DNA of 63,975 nucleotides, filler included, from Phoronis australis (lineage: Eukaryota > Animalia > Phoronida): NCBI GenBank assembly GCA_002633005.1. It is 9 parts of 9 records of this genome, joined end to end, with 100 filler letters (N's around TTAATTAATTAA, not from the genome) between each part and the next. Parts side by side here need not be neighbours in the genome. Positions count along the whole stretch, not along the records: positions 1 to 3,016 come from NMRA01003276.1; positions 3,117 to 11,134 come from NMRA01001948.1; positions 11,235 to 19,779 come from NMRA01000934.1; 6 more parts are not named here. One strand, given 5' to 3'. The position numbers were made by a program, and so were the translations under genes. This document shows, piece by piece, positions 1 through 12,951 of this stretch. The notes beneath the pieces were generated by a model. It had not been told where the DNA came from, made no database searches, and saw only the letters and a list, made by a program, of their open reading frames with translations. Position 1 is the stretch's first letter. Each line of letters begins with the position of its first letter.

Positions 1-3000
1 AACACAATTTTATGGTGGTTTGACAAATTTTGATGCCAGGAATGTTATATGGGCGTGACTTGAGGAGGTTTTTTAGTTGTTCGCCTATTTTCAACATGGC
101 ACTCTGAACGAATTTTAAACAATTCTGGATTATGCCTTGCGGTGGATATTTGGAATTCTTAGAATTATTATCTGGAAATGTACTGATGTCCTCACTTACA
201 AGATATGTGTTTTTTTCTGGAAACTTTACCTTACCGTCGGTTCTTGGCAGAAAATATACCCTAGCTTACAATTAAGATTTTTTGGCCAAAAGTGGCTCCT
301 TGTTTTTTTATAGTGAAGTTAAGGGCACACATCCCTACAAGACAAAAGTACCATTTCCCCCATGATGATGACAGCAAATTCTTTTAATAGCAAAAGAGAC
401 TGATAATAAATATTATGGTGGAAATTTTTTCATTACAAAATGGCTTAGCCAACTTCCTGTTAACTCCCCTGTATTCTCAGTCATGAGGAAAGACTACTCT
501 GACTATGAACTCGTTTTCTGTTCAGCGGCCATTACGAGTCATTTTGTGTGAATACTTAGAATGCACATATCCACATGCCTCCCATAGTTGCTCCGCAGCA
601 GCATGCGGTGATCCTTACTAAAGGTTGACCTTATATCATTTAATAGTTGTTCTTTCAAACACTCAACATTGTGCTTGCCCAGATCATCCGTTACTGACAG
701 AACATTTTCCTAAGATAAAATAATGGCAGGAATCTACTGTTAATTGGCTTAATCAGACTTATTTTGATTCATTATTGTACTTGGGATCAAAAATTGTCTT
801 GTAAGGCCATAAAGTGAGACGTGTCCTGTCTGTACCCAGAAGTTGATGTCTTTTTTATCTGTCTCTTATTGATTGTTCAGTGAATTTTGTATTTTTATGG
901 TTACTTAACTTAAATTATATTTTTATTTGTGTCTCGTGCCACATTTTTGTGTGATACTGTTCTGGTAAATTTGCTACTGTAGACATGAGGTGATTTCTAC
1001 TGTTTAGCACGAGTTCATTTCCTCTTTTCAGTCCTGAAGCAACCGTCTCCCCGGAGCTGATGTCGTCATACACTACCAAGACTAGCGTAGTGTCACACCT
1101 CAATTTCTCTCGAACCACTTTACTGTATGGGATTGGATCATGTGTAGACTGAAAACCATCACAAACAAACTACATTAGAATGATATGATTGGTTTAAGCT
1201 TCTCTGCTGAGAGAAGGGTGCTATAGCAATAGCTGGTGTACTGTCATGCCAGATATGCGATGATGCATAATTTTTTAGATGGGTCTTTGAATAGAGTCCC
1301 ACTTTTGGAATTTAAAGTAGACCACTGAAGAGGATATTTATTATTTTTTTCAACAAGAAAATGAAAACTGTGGTAGCAATAAAACTTTAAAAAAATTGGG
1401 TTATGTTTTGTACAATTGTTGATAGCGATGGGTTAATGTCATTTTGAGTAATACATCAGCAGGTCAAAGGTAAAAATAACAATGAAGCAGTTTATAAAGG
1501 TAAAAATAGCACCTATGAGGTTCACTGTGGCTACAGTAATAACCATAGAAAAGGGGAAGTATTACCTTGACTTATATAACCACTAAATTTTTGTAACCAT
1601 TTCGAAATTTAATCCAAACGTGCAACACTTGCCATCGTGTGGAATGGGATGTCTCAAGGTAATAGGCATACTACATGAACGGCACTTAAAATATACCTTT
1701 AACTTTAGACTGGCTTGCTTTGACTCGTTTGCTGTAATCAATGAATCGTGTTATAAACTGCCCTGTCCCATATTCTGGAATAAAGAAATGTTGAGATGGC
1801 GTTAATTTGTTTTTATGGGCATTTTCAACTGATCTGGGCTTGCTGAAATACACGTTGTCAGTATACTATCACAAAATGGCTAGAGGACTTCTCTTATGTG
1901 TCAACGTGGAAGGTTTAAGGCAAATTGTTATATAGGAGTGTTGCTAGAACTTTGGATCCTTCCGTTGTTGTTACAAATGTTTGATCTCAACTGATACAAC
2001 TAAACTGAAGCTCAAAACACCAAACATTGGTACAAATGATGTAAACATTGGTGATCACCATGTTCTAAGGGCCCACTGCTCCTATAAATGCTCTCAAAGA
2101 TCAAAACAATAGGCTATCCATAGCGTTGTCTTCTGGACTGAGTGTTGGTATACACCGTAAGACTGAAATAGGAACAGGACTGGGTAAAGCTATAACTTGA
2201 AGCTAAATTATGTCTAAGATGTTCAAAACAGAAACCTTTGGAAATTGAAATTGTAATCAATTATCCAAGATATGAAAGAAACCGGCAAGCAAATGTGTAC
2301 AAATTCGTCATGAGTCTTACATCATGTAGTTCGACAATGGCTTTCTGGCGTTTTGAAAGTAGGTGTCGTGAAAGACTTGGACATACCGAATATAATTTAG
2401 AAATTGCTATTTGAAAACCAAGCAGGAACAAAATATATTATCAAAAAGGAAAAAATGACACTATGACACTCAAACTAAGAGTTGGAAATATGATCAATGA
2501 AATGTCCAGGTGAAATGAGAAGACCTGTAAATGGTAAACGATATGGGAGTGAGGGGAACAATAATTTGCCCCACCCCATGATCCAACTAACAGAAACTTC
2601 GATAGCTGTATTTTTAAAATTTCTCGAGAACTGGTCATATTTGGAGCTAAATTTTACGCGCGTTACGCGTTTAGGCTATCATTGTGACTTTGAGGGCGAT
2701 AAAAAGATGCACTGCCAAAATTGCTCTTTCGGCCTCGGTACAACGCAAAAACTCTTACCTCGAGCTGCGAAATCCGCAGAAACGTGAGGAAAATAGTATT
2801 ACACACACAGAACTAAGTATACGGAACATCGTCTCAGAAACTTGCGTTATTGCATTGATTTTGCATATTTCGGAGAGTGAAAATGAGGCTTAGTTCACTT
2901 TATTAGGGTTCATTTGAAGTTCAGTTTATTGGGGTGGCACTTTGAAAGGTGAGGGTTCGAGGCCTTGGGGCCTGCTTCAAAGACGCTTGTTGAAACACGG

Positions 3001-3016
3001 GTGGTGGGCGCCTTTC

Positions 3017-3116
3017 NNNNNNNNNNNNNNNNNNNNNNNNNNNNNNNNNNNNNNNNNNNNTTAATTAATTAANNNNNNNNNNNNNNNNNNNNNNNNNNNN
3101 NNNNNNNNNNNNNNNN
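3017..3116. other. Artificial contig-joining spacer (N44-TTAATTAATTAA-N44); same spacer at 11135-11234, 19780-19879, 47647-47746, 52186-52285, 54934-55033, 57409-57508, 62039-62138
   Basis: Eight identical 100-bp blocks whose core gives stop codons in all six frames, a standard contig-concatenation linker. Confidence 0.97.
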
Positions 3117-4243
3117 ATGTACACAATATTACATGTACATGTACACTGTATGATATTGCGCAAGACAACTTTGCTATACATCAGTTACAAACGTGTGCCC
3201 AGAGTGTAATAGAATGACACGGCGTGACAGATGAAGTACAAACGTTGCACGTCAATTCGCCTGAATATCAGGGTTGCGGCACCGCACTATTTCCCCTAAT
3301 CAAATCAAAACATATCTTAGAGTAAAGAAGCTAGTTACCTAAAGAAATCAGCTATAGAACTTCTCTTTCAGCGGTGAATCCATCTAAAATGCTTGGCTAC
3401 AGTACTTCAGAAGTGCCCACGGAAGCGCGCGCACATTAAATCCCCGCGCGTTTTGCCGATGAGCCACAAAGACTCAGCAATTCACAATGTAAAAAACTAT
3501 ATTTTCAGAGTGAACCCTCCCCCCCCCTCTCAATTTTTCCCAAGTTGGTTTACTTGGGGTTTACACACGCTGGTGGTGCCGTTTTTGTTTTGCTGGAGAC
3601 ACTTTTGTTTTGTTTTTTTAATTTTTGGGTCCTGGCCCGAGGGGGGGGCTTAAAACCACTGAACCCCCCCGTAGATCCGCCTCTGATTACGTGCAGTGCA
3701 GTTCATTACAAATTAAAAATCCGGAATTTCAAAACGCTTGATCTGAGTTGACATCTCACATCAAAATTATGAAAATGCCACATAAAGGTATGAAATTGAA
3801 AAGCAGCACACGTCAGCTTCACGTCACTACCACTCCCTTTATCTTGCTTGCTACCTCTTAGGGTTCATTTCCCTTGCTTTCGAGGTTTTCCGTTATTCTG
3901 GACAGTGAATGAGGTTATATAGCTTTAGCATATTTCACGGGGAAGTAATATAATGACTTTACGGTTTCATTTGAACGGTGAAATTTTCCAGTAAATATCT
4001 GAGATGGCGAACTGGAACGAGGATCTTGAATCCATTCTTTCATAAAAAAATCAAGTAAATGCATTTATGTGCTTAAAGATAATTTGAATTTGAATTATGT
4101 TAAAGGCATCTTTTCCAAACAGCTTATGAAACGATTTTATATGCGTGTGTTGTTGTTTGACAATGGCGATTTTTCAAATGGAAGGTGGTGGTTTCAGTAT
4201 TTTTCTCAAATGAGTTTGTCTAAAATTCAAACGGCTACATGAC

Positions 4244-4550
4244 TAAATTCGCCTTCTGTCACAAAAGTATTTTTCTCTTGATCAGACCTCTTACTTTTTT
4301 AAATGCAATATCAATGTCAAAATGAAGTAAAGCTCGACATAACTGACAATTCGTTATTGCTTGAGATAAGCTCCGCATGCTGTCTTATCACGGTGTGGCA
4401 TTTTATGTACCGGGTATGGCCTCGAGGAATCACATTTGTCGGTTCTTTGTAAACTCAGATATCTCAATTGAGCAATGACTAAAGTAAGAATACATCTATA
4501 ACGGTAAGTTACTTAAATTACAATTACTTCTGTGACAAAACGTGAATTTA
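4244..4550. mobile_element. Small MITE-like element with imperfect inverted termini
   Basis: aaattcgccttctgtcacaaaagta (~4244-4270) is an imperfect reverse complement of tacttctgtgacaaaacgtgaattt (~4525-4549). Confidence 0.4.
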
Positions 4551-6920
4551 TAGTACCACTTTTATGTAACAACACTCGTCAAGACTAATCCCAATCGTGT
4601 AAAATGCGCTGTGTACTTTTTATTATCATTCTTATTCTTCATACCATCTATAGCATACATATGCATCATGTCATTTCAACAGGGAACATTTCAACGTCTT
4701 CAGATATCCATAACAGCACAGGATAAAAATATAGGTGAATTGTTGAATGAATGAATATTTTTAAAGCATATTTCCTAAAAAGCACACATCCTCGGCGATG
4801 CTTACAATACTCTTGTAATTAAACAAATTAATTAACGACAACATGGGGAACACGAAATAATCTCTGTACATTATTGTAGCAATTGAACAACAATTACTTA
4901 ATCAGAACATCAAAAGAAATATTGAAGGAGCTATGAGACATGCCACGCAAATAAAAGCAGCAGGATTTAGGAAACAGTAGAGCATTCAATTAACTATGAC
5001 TAAACGTTCACTAAATGGAATGATTAATGACTCGTATGAGGTGATGATGTTCATGTAACATAAATGTATAATTTCATCTCGCAACCAGATATTTTTTCTC
5101 GGTGAAACACTAGTTGAGCTTATATTTTGATAAGAGTTCGCTTAGTTTTGTTGTAGGTGCTAAAGGATAACATCGACAACATGATTGCATTTTGAAAGAA
5201 CAGGACGTAGTCAACGTGGAGGAATTAGCCATACTAGATAATACAGGTTGACAAATATTATTGATACCACAAAATGAGTTAAGGATAACGATGTTTTATC
5301 CGATCACCACACAATACCACATGAGCATTTTAAGAACTATTATTTTAAATACATATCAGATGTCACTTTGACTGTTTAAACATTGCTTTTGTTCATTAGT
5401 ACATAACAAATACCGTATGTGACAGCTACAACATTGTCAACTATAAAGAAATAACTGACTCGTCTTCAGATATTTAGTATCGCTCATGAAACAGTCCGGA
5501 AAAATATCAACTTTACTATCTCATAACGCTTTGAAATGACATTTGCATCCCTACATTCATTGTAGAGCTCATGCTTTCGTCACTCAAAGAACTGCCGTCG
5601 TTTTTGGAATGCGCATTTTCAACGAACAAACGGCTGAAGACCTTCCACAGCGCTTTGTTAACTATGCCAAAAATTGACAAGTTGTCACTCCCCGTCTCGC
5701 GTCTGGCAAGACAACAGGCTTTCCTGCCCATGTGATATCGTTATAGGGCAATCCAAATCATAGATACGGAAAATCCCCAAACTTAACAATATTTGACTTC
5801 ATGATTTCGTTATCATGATTTAAGGCAAACGCTGAAACAATACTTGAGTTGACCTGAGGTTAGCATGAGCACCAGGTGATGTAGCATCAACTCTGTGTTA
5901 GAATCAACCGACATAACAAGGCAATGAAGTTTACGTTGCAGTTTGCGAATTATTTTGTTACATGTTTCTGCAATAGTCGGTACAAATCTTCAATGAGGCC
6001 TTCTGTGAAGAGAGTACGGAAAGTGGCAAATCTTCCTCAAAACATTCGTTTTAAGGAATGAAAGTGGTCTTTCGATGTGTACATACCGTAAAACATGTCT
6101 GAAGAGCGCATTACTGATAGGTCTAAAGTGGATGAATGTGCACATCATAACAATAATAGTAATAGAACGTAAAACAAAATGTTGAGAACGAATTTATATA
6201 CTCACGAGAGGAGTTTTCCGTGAATAGCAGTTTTAAGTGGTGATGGCGGCATAAATAATGTGGGCATGCTACCCTCTATAATTCTCCGTGTAAAACTGTC
6301 ATCTTAAATAACACAAAGCAAACACTGACTTAATTTCTTAAAATGTTAAACATCTTGGAATTGGCCATAAAACCAATTAACATTGAATTATCTGAAATAG
6401 GCATCCACGACACAACACAACACAAAACCATTAGCACTTCAATAAATGTTTTACTAGGCTGACATCGCAATGTCTCGTTCCTGTAACTTGGAATATAGCG
6501 GGGGATGACACAAACATGAACAAGAGCAACGCGGAGCGTTGAAATGCGCCCACAATTGCACCGCATACGGTATCCTTCTAGGGTTGTTTATTGGTACCAT
6601 AAAGTGGCCAGTAGAGGGCATACTTTGCAAAATGGAAAGGCATGGTCATTGTCTCCTCAATAGGCTAGGGGCAAAATGTGAGTAATCTTCATAATACAAG
6701 CACATCCTATACACCAGTTGCTTAAAGCACCACAGAAACATAGAATTAAAAACAAATTTACCAACATACGAGATTAGCACAGCATTAGAATGCCAGAAAC
6801 AAATTTCTACTTGGAACTTTTCCTTCACAGTCACGAAGTAACACAAAGTATACACCTGAAGACCTATGAAAATACAGAGGTCAATGTAAAATACTAAAAT
6901 TGCCACTAGAGGCAAATACT

Positions 6921-8315
6921 AAAATTGCCACTAGAGGCATACCGGTAATCAGAATCATCCTAAAGTCGTCATCGTCCGTTGTCAACATCACATAAATACA
7001 CTTGCTAAATTTAGTAAAGATCCTGCAAACGGTTTGGGAGATACAGCCATGGGCGCAAAAAAACAAAACTGCCACTAGGAGGCGCCACAGTAGTCCAAAT
7101 CGTCTGAAAATCATTGTCAGCTGTCTTCCTTATAGTAAGCACATACACGCCAATTTTCACAATCATCCTTTGAGCGGTTTGGTTGATAGAGGGGTGGACG
7201 CAAAAATACAGACTCGAAAACAGTAAAAATGGCCACTAGGTGGCGCAAACTACGTCGAATCCATCTGAAAACAGTAGGATAGCGTCATCTCACTAATAGG
7301 TGCCTACATACCAAATTTCATGAAAATCCGTTCAATACTTTTGAAGATACAAAGGTAAGCGTAAAAAACTAAAATTGCCACTAGGGGGCACACCGGTAGT
7401 CGGATCCGACCAAAAGTCGTCATCTTCCGTTGTTAACATCATATAAATATACTTACACAATTTGTAAAGATCCTGCGAACGGTTTAGGAGATACAGCCAT
7501 AGGCGCAAAAAAACAAAACTGCCACTAGGAGGCGCCACAGTAGTCGAAATCGTCGGAAAATCATCGTCAACCATCCTCTACATAGTAAGCATATACATGC
7601 CAATTTTCACAATCATCCTTTGAGCGGTTTGGTTGATAGAGGGGTGGACGCACAAAAACAGACTCGAAAACACTAAAAATGGCCACTAGGTGGCGCAAAC
7701 TATGTCGAATCCATCTGAAAACGGGAGGATAGCGTCATCTCACTAATAGGTGCCTACATACCAAATTTCATGAAAATCCAATAAGGACTTGTGAAGATAC
7801 AAAGGTAAGCGTAAAAAAATTAAAATTGCCACTAGGGGGCACACCGGTAGTCGGATCCGTCCAAAAGTCGTCATCTTCCGTTGTTAACATCATATAAATA
7901 TACTTACACAATTTCGTAAAGATCCTGCAAACGGTTTAGGAGATACAGCCATAGGCGCAAAAAAAAAAAACTGCCACTAGGAGGCGCCACAGTAGTCGAA
8001 ATCGTCGGAAAATCATCGTCAACCGTCCTCTACATAGTAAGCACATACATGCCAATTTTCACAATCATCCTTTGAGCGGTTTGGTTGATAGAGGGGTGGA
8101 AGCACAAAAACAGACTCGAAAACAGTAAAAATGGCCACTAGGTGGCGCAAACTATGTCGAATCCATCCGAAAACGGCAGGATAGCGTCATCTCACTACTA
8201 GGTGCCTACATACCAAATTTCATGAAAATCCGTTCAGGACTTTTGAAGATACAAAGGTAAGCGTAAAAAACTAAAATTGCCACTAGGGGGCACACCGGTA
8301 GTCGGATCCGTCCGA
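6921..8315 (+). repeat. Tandem repeat, ~451-bp unit x3 plus a partial fourth; each unit is three diverged ~145-160-bp monomers
   Basis: aaattgccactag..ggca.accggta.tc recurs at ~6922, 7372, 7823 and 8274; the gccactagg motif recurs at spacings of about 144, 160 and 146 bp. Confidence 0.95.
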
Positions 8316-8401
8316 AAGTTCGCACATGCCGTCCCATTCATGAATGGAACATATGTGCCAAATTTCATGAACGTATGTCAAAGGGTTTTGGAGATAGAGC
8401 A

Positions 8402-8487
8402 GCGGACGCCGGACGCCGGACGCCGGACGCCGGACGGACGCCGCCCGGACGGACGGACGGACGGACGGACGGACGGACGGACGGACA
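8402..8487 (+). repeat. (GGACGCC)n grading into (GGAC)n microsatellite
   Basis: Directly visible; lies just before the HINE 3' hairpin. Confidence 0.95.
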
Positions 8488-9696
8488 GAGATGACGGCAT
8501 AATGCGTCCACATATAAATATGTGGGCGCATAAAAACGCAGTAATGATGCCATATAGTGGAAAATCCACATAGTAAGTTCCTTTCACGCAAGGATGTCCC
8601 GAAGGAAAGTACTCTTATCACGTGTCTCACTTGTAACGCGATGGTAGATGTCACGAGTTCTTGTGTGACTTTTCGCGAGGTTGCGTTAGCAGAACCTAGC
8701 CAATACTTCAGAACGAACATACTTAGTATCCGTTACGCACGGGGCCTTTTTGTTACATTAGGAGTAGAATTGGTTCATATTATGTGGAGATGGTGTAGGA
8801 CTTTGCAAAACCGGTTGAAGAAATATGGTTTTGTCATCAATGTACGTTTGAAAGACGCAAGGTTGGAAATACTTTTGAAATAGTAGGAATTAAGGTAGAT
8901 TTAAAAAAAACATTTGTCATCTTACAAAAATGTAACATTGAAGCATAAAAACAACCTTCATACCCATTTGATATCCCTGTTCCATGTTTGCAAAGAAGTT
9001 GAAACTCGGGTTAGTTGTCGGTATTTTCATAGACTGCAGCGGACTTGGCTAAGGTGGTTAAGGTTCTGTGCGGCATACAGTCGACATTAATAATTGAGTA
9101 CGTAACCTGCTGTTGAATTGCGAGATAGGTTTTGACAGGTCCAGTTAATTTTTTCTGAAGTATTAATGTAATCTATATTGATGTTAAAGGTTTTACTAGC
9201 GTCCTATTTATTTGTACACGATTCAGTGTGAAGTTGTTGAAATCGCTGATCCAAATCCTGGCCAAATGTGCGCATTATGCTGAGACCAACCGTCTGATCA
9301 GGGCCACCGAAGAGTAATTTGGTTAATTCGTTTACTAGACTATGGCTGAAGGTCCTCGTAAGGACAAGAGTTCACCAGTCACTACCTTTGGAAGAAATTT
9401 AGCGCACATTTTTCGTCAAAAAGTTTACCAGATAGTTTTCATCAAAACGGAGAAAAGAAAAATGGATTTGTGAAGACAGGATTAAGTAGTAGGCCTTCCA
9501 GAGCCTTTTAAAAAACACCCATTTTCGAAGTGACGTGAACAAATGTTCAAATTCTTTTTGGAGTAACAACTTCCATTCACAGTCACACGAGAAGTTAACT
9601 TTTCCTACCACAGCGGATTTTGGGGTCTCCGTACGCTATGAAAGTTTATCCCTGTACATTTCGCGTGTGTGGCGGAACAACCGGCCACACATCAGC

Positions 9697-10303
9697 GCAG
9701 AATGGTGAATTTTGGCCAAATCCTCTTTTGTCCACTGACGTCACAAGCATACTGGCGCCCCCAGTGGAGGCCCTGAGAGCTCGTAAATAAACCGAGTTCA
9801 TGAACCCGGTAGTATCCCGCCTAGCAACGGCCGAGCCAGGCTGGCGAACAGACTTGTATTTATTGTGGGACGTTGAGTATTGTTTTTTTTTCTAGAAACA
9901 TAATGCATGGTATATAATAATGAATGGTATATAGTATCAATTAATTATGATTGAAAGTTTCCTTTTTAGTCGAGCGTAAATAAGGCTATTTCGCGTGGGG
10001 ATAAAACTTTGGCTTTGCCGTGTGTAACACAGAAGAACATTTGGATGGTGTTGCAGAATCGCGAGAATGAATATTCCAATTTTCTTAATTTATTGGAACA
10101 ATATTAATTTTCTAAGAGGTATGACATGCAACATTATTTAAAAAACACACTAAAACATAGCGACTCTGGAAAATCATAAAAAATACTTTAATCACAGTCG
10201 CCAGCATGCTTGTTTACGAGTTCTCAAGGCCTCCACTGGGGGCGCCAGTATGCTTGTGACGCCAGTGGACAAAAGGGGATTTGGCCAACATTCACCATTC
10301 TGC
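9697..10303. mobile_element. MITE with ~90-bp terminal inverted repeats
   Basis: gcagaatggtgaattttggccaaatcctcttttgtccactgacgtcacaagcatactggcgcccccagtggaggcc... (9697-9790) pairs with ...ggcctccactgggggcgccagtatgcttgtgacgccagtggacaaaaggggatttggccaacattcaccattctgc (10211-10303). Confidence 0.85.
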
Positions 10304-10783
10304 CTGCGGGCGGCTGCCGGTCGGCAAACTTTTAGCCGACAGGTCGGCTAATTTGCCGACCGGTCGACGGCCGGTCGCCGACCAATTTCCGACCGGTCGG
10401 ACAAAAATTCGTGATGTGTGCTGTATCTCTGCTTCATGGAATGAAAGTAGAATCCCTTATATTCATAGTAACTGTACGTCGTCGACTCAACACTCTTGTA
10501 ATACCATACTTTTAATACAGTGTAGTCCATCTTTCTTAAAAAATGACTGTGGTTGATTGCTGTGCGTTCACCCACACATTCCACTTCAAATAAAAATTTT
10601 CTAGGTCATCTAATCGTCTCTGTACAGTGTATTTCAACTATGGACTCGTTAACTAGAGTCATGTTGCTGGCATATGCTAATAAAACACATTCTCAATGGA
10701 CGGGTTAACTTGAATACCACTTCTTTTTCCAGTTTTAATTTCAATAGCCAGTCCATGTATACATATAGAGAACAATAATATAC

Positions 10784-11134
10784 TTAAAGGCTAATGCCAC
10801 CCGATTTAATTAGTCTTTTTTGCCCTCTTAATCGGTTTATTTTCACATCGCCTCGCATACGGCCGACCTTACCTTGCCAAGAGGTGTCGCGTTAACCTGT
10901 GAGGAAGGTGAGAAACGACGCTAGCGACGTCAACGGTTCATAAGCAGAGTGAATGCCGCTATGATGCGGTATATCGTTCCTGCTTGTCCGAACTAAGCAG
11001 CCGCAAGGAAAGCGAGTATATCGTGTTTTTTTTACTTCCTCGAGAGTCTGAAATGCTTAGGAAGTGGCTCATGGTAGTGAAAAATGAAATGTACGCTGTA
11101 AATAACAAGTATGAGGCCGTGAAACATCTCCGTG
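10784..11134 (+). mobile_element. Kolobok-like non-autonomous DNA transposon, copy 1 (truncated by contig end)
   Basis: Starts TTAA-AGG; clearly similar to 15331 onward and to the reverse complement of 55488-55716; contains a decayed THAP stub (...FFLLPRESEMLRKWL). Confidence 0.6.
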
Positions 11135-11234
11135 NNNNNNNNNNNNNNNNNNNNNNNNNNNNNNNNNNNNNNNNNNNNTTAATTAATTAANNNNNNNNNN
11201 NNNNNNNNNNNNNNNNNNNNNNNNNNNNNNNNNN

Positions 11235-12656
11235 AATGAAAGCGCTCTGAGGAGCGAAACTTGGCGAAATTAACCAAAAAAAACACGTTCGAGAGGAAGA
11301 GAAAAGACGACGACAGAGATGATGACGAAGATGACAGCTATGACGACGATGGTGGCGATAATGGACAACCGTAGTTGTGATATCATTCATATAACGAACG
11401 TAGAGGTCAAAAATCACTAAGAAATAGGCTACAGTCTTCAGCGACACTTGGCGAAATTAACTGAAGAAAAGACGACGTCGGAGATGATGACGAAGATGAC
11501 GAATATGATGATGCTGATGGCCATGATGAAGAACTTCATAACATTCATATGACGAATTTAGATGTCATAAATCATTAAGAAATAGGCTGCAGTCTAGTTC
11601 AATAGAAGCTAAACCAACCTCAATGCAGCAAAAGCGCTCAACAAAGGAGCAGCGTTATCACAAAATCTCAAATAACTCGAAAAGTAGACGTTGTAGAGAA
11701 AAATGGAAAGCATCTTCTGAAAGCCCGTTCAAAGTTCTATCTAAGATGATGGTATAGCCTAATTCCGTAAATTTTTCGAAAAAAATGGAATTTTGCGTTT
11801 TTTATTAGAATTTCAAACTCAAATAACTCGAAAACGGTAAGTCTGAGAAAAAAATTGTTACAAGCCATTTGAAAGATAATACTTCAAAGAATCTACATGC
11901 AAAAAATCACGTCTTTTTCTCTTCCCGTTCAAAATCGCACTCCAGACGACTTAAAATGGGTCAACATGCGCCATATCCGCCATCTTGAATGCAACTTCCG
12001 GTTTTTCGGCTTGTAAAATAGCATGTTACAAAAAACTAATACTTGTAAAAATTCGAAGGAATTAGTCTCATAATGCGCCCTCTAGAGGAGAAAACGTTTT
12101 TAAGCCAAAATTGAGGTGCGCATGCGCGATCGCCGATATTTCCGCCATCTTTAGCCGGAAGTAAACAATTTCCGGTATACTTGTAGCAAGCTTCCGGTCC
12201 ATTTACTGTGCCAATTCTTAGCCTTTTACGTAAAAAATTGTAGCCTCCAGTAGCATTTGAACCTTTAAATGGAAACAAAATGGCCGCCACAGCCGCCATC
12301 TTGGATCCGATTTTGATGAAAAACAATAGGCTTCCAGTACTTCCGGAAGTACGTGTTATGTGTAAATTTCGTGATGATCGGACGAAAATTGCGACCTATA
12401 TCGTGCGAACAAACAAAAAAAAACTTAGTGGAAGAGCAACATACTTGGCGAAATTTATTTCGCCAAGTAAAAAATGAAAGCCCGTTCAAAACTCTATCTA
12501 AAGTGGTAGTTTGTCAAACACGATAACATTCATGTGACTAGCAAAAAATCATGATGATAGGACGAAAATTGCGACCTGTATCGTGCGAACAAACAAAAAA
12601 AAAAAACTTAGTGGAAGAGCAACATACTTGGCGAAATTTATTTCGCCAAGTAAAAA
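11235..12656 (+). mobile_element. Second HINE/Helentron-like non-autonomous element with duplicated 3' end
   Basis: Subterminal acttggcgaaatt at ~11259 and ~11446; 3' hairpin acttggcgaaa-ttta-tttcgccaagt-aaaa present twice (~12443-12474 and ~12625-12655) within a ~100-bp direct duplication. Confidence 0.65.
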
Positions 12657-12894
12657 TGTGGGTTCGTAAAACAATGTTGTGAGCTCTTGAAAAATGAAAA
12701 CAAGTTATTTTTGCCAATTATTTTTGTCCGAAATTGATGAGATTTTGCCAAAATGTGTGTTTTGTCATCAGAACATCATGATGGTCTTTTTAGACAGATA
12801 AGTTGTTATCGATAATTTTACAATAAACATTGGTAGCAAGTACCTGAGTCATGGAGAACACATTATAGTGTACATTCACATCATTTTGTTTTAG

Positions 12895-12951
12895 GGCAGC
12901 ACTCCAAGAGGCCTTGGATTACGTTCTGAGGAAGGGTAAAAAGTCGAGCAG
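12895..12951 (+). CDS. Candidate 57-bp internal exon, unidentified protein (AALQEALDYVLRKGKKSS)
   Basis: Acceptor ttttgttttag and donor gtatgt; symmetric phase 2-2; only one frame is open and it gives an amphipathic peptide. Family not recognised. Confidence 0.35.

Larger units (their letters stand above)
6519..8536 (+). mobile_element. Non-autonomous Helentron/HINE-like (pearl/DINE-1-type) element
   Basis: 5' aacaagag, short palindrome caacgc-gga-gcgttg (6527-6541) and subterminal repeat atgcgcccaca (6544-6554). Central ~451-bp tandem core, (GGAC)n microsatellite, then 3' hairpin atgcgtccacatat-aa-atatgtgggcgcat whose right arm (8521-8531) is the reverse complement of the 5' subterminal repeat, ending in aaaaa. 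Confidence 0.75.

Noticed and set aside
915-1148. Possible minus-strand terminal exon after acceptor ggttttcag (LHMIQSHTVKWFERN* or the longer 915-1118 frame)
   Set aside because: Plausible splice site, but no recognisable family and two competing frames.
4950-6420. Possible ancient LINE ORF2 remnant on the minus strand (similar hints at ~13100-13800 and ~2080-2400)
   Set aside because: Only vague motif echoes; too decayed to support without alignment.
8277-8720. Arg/Pro/Ser-rich ORFs on both strands
   Set aside because: Products of the (GGAC)n microsatellite.
9338-9382. Hammerhead-like ctgaaggtcc...ggac...accagtc
   Set aside because: Both conserved core boxes are broken.
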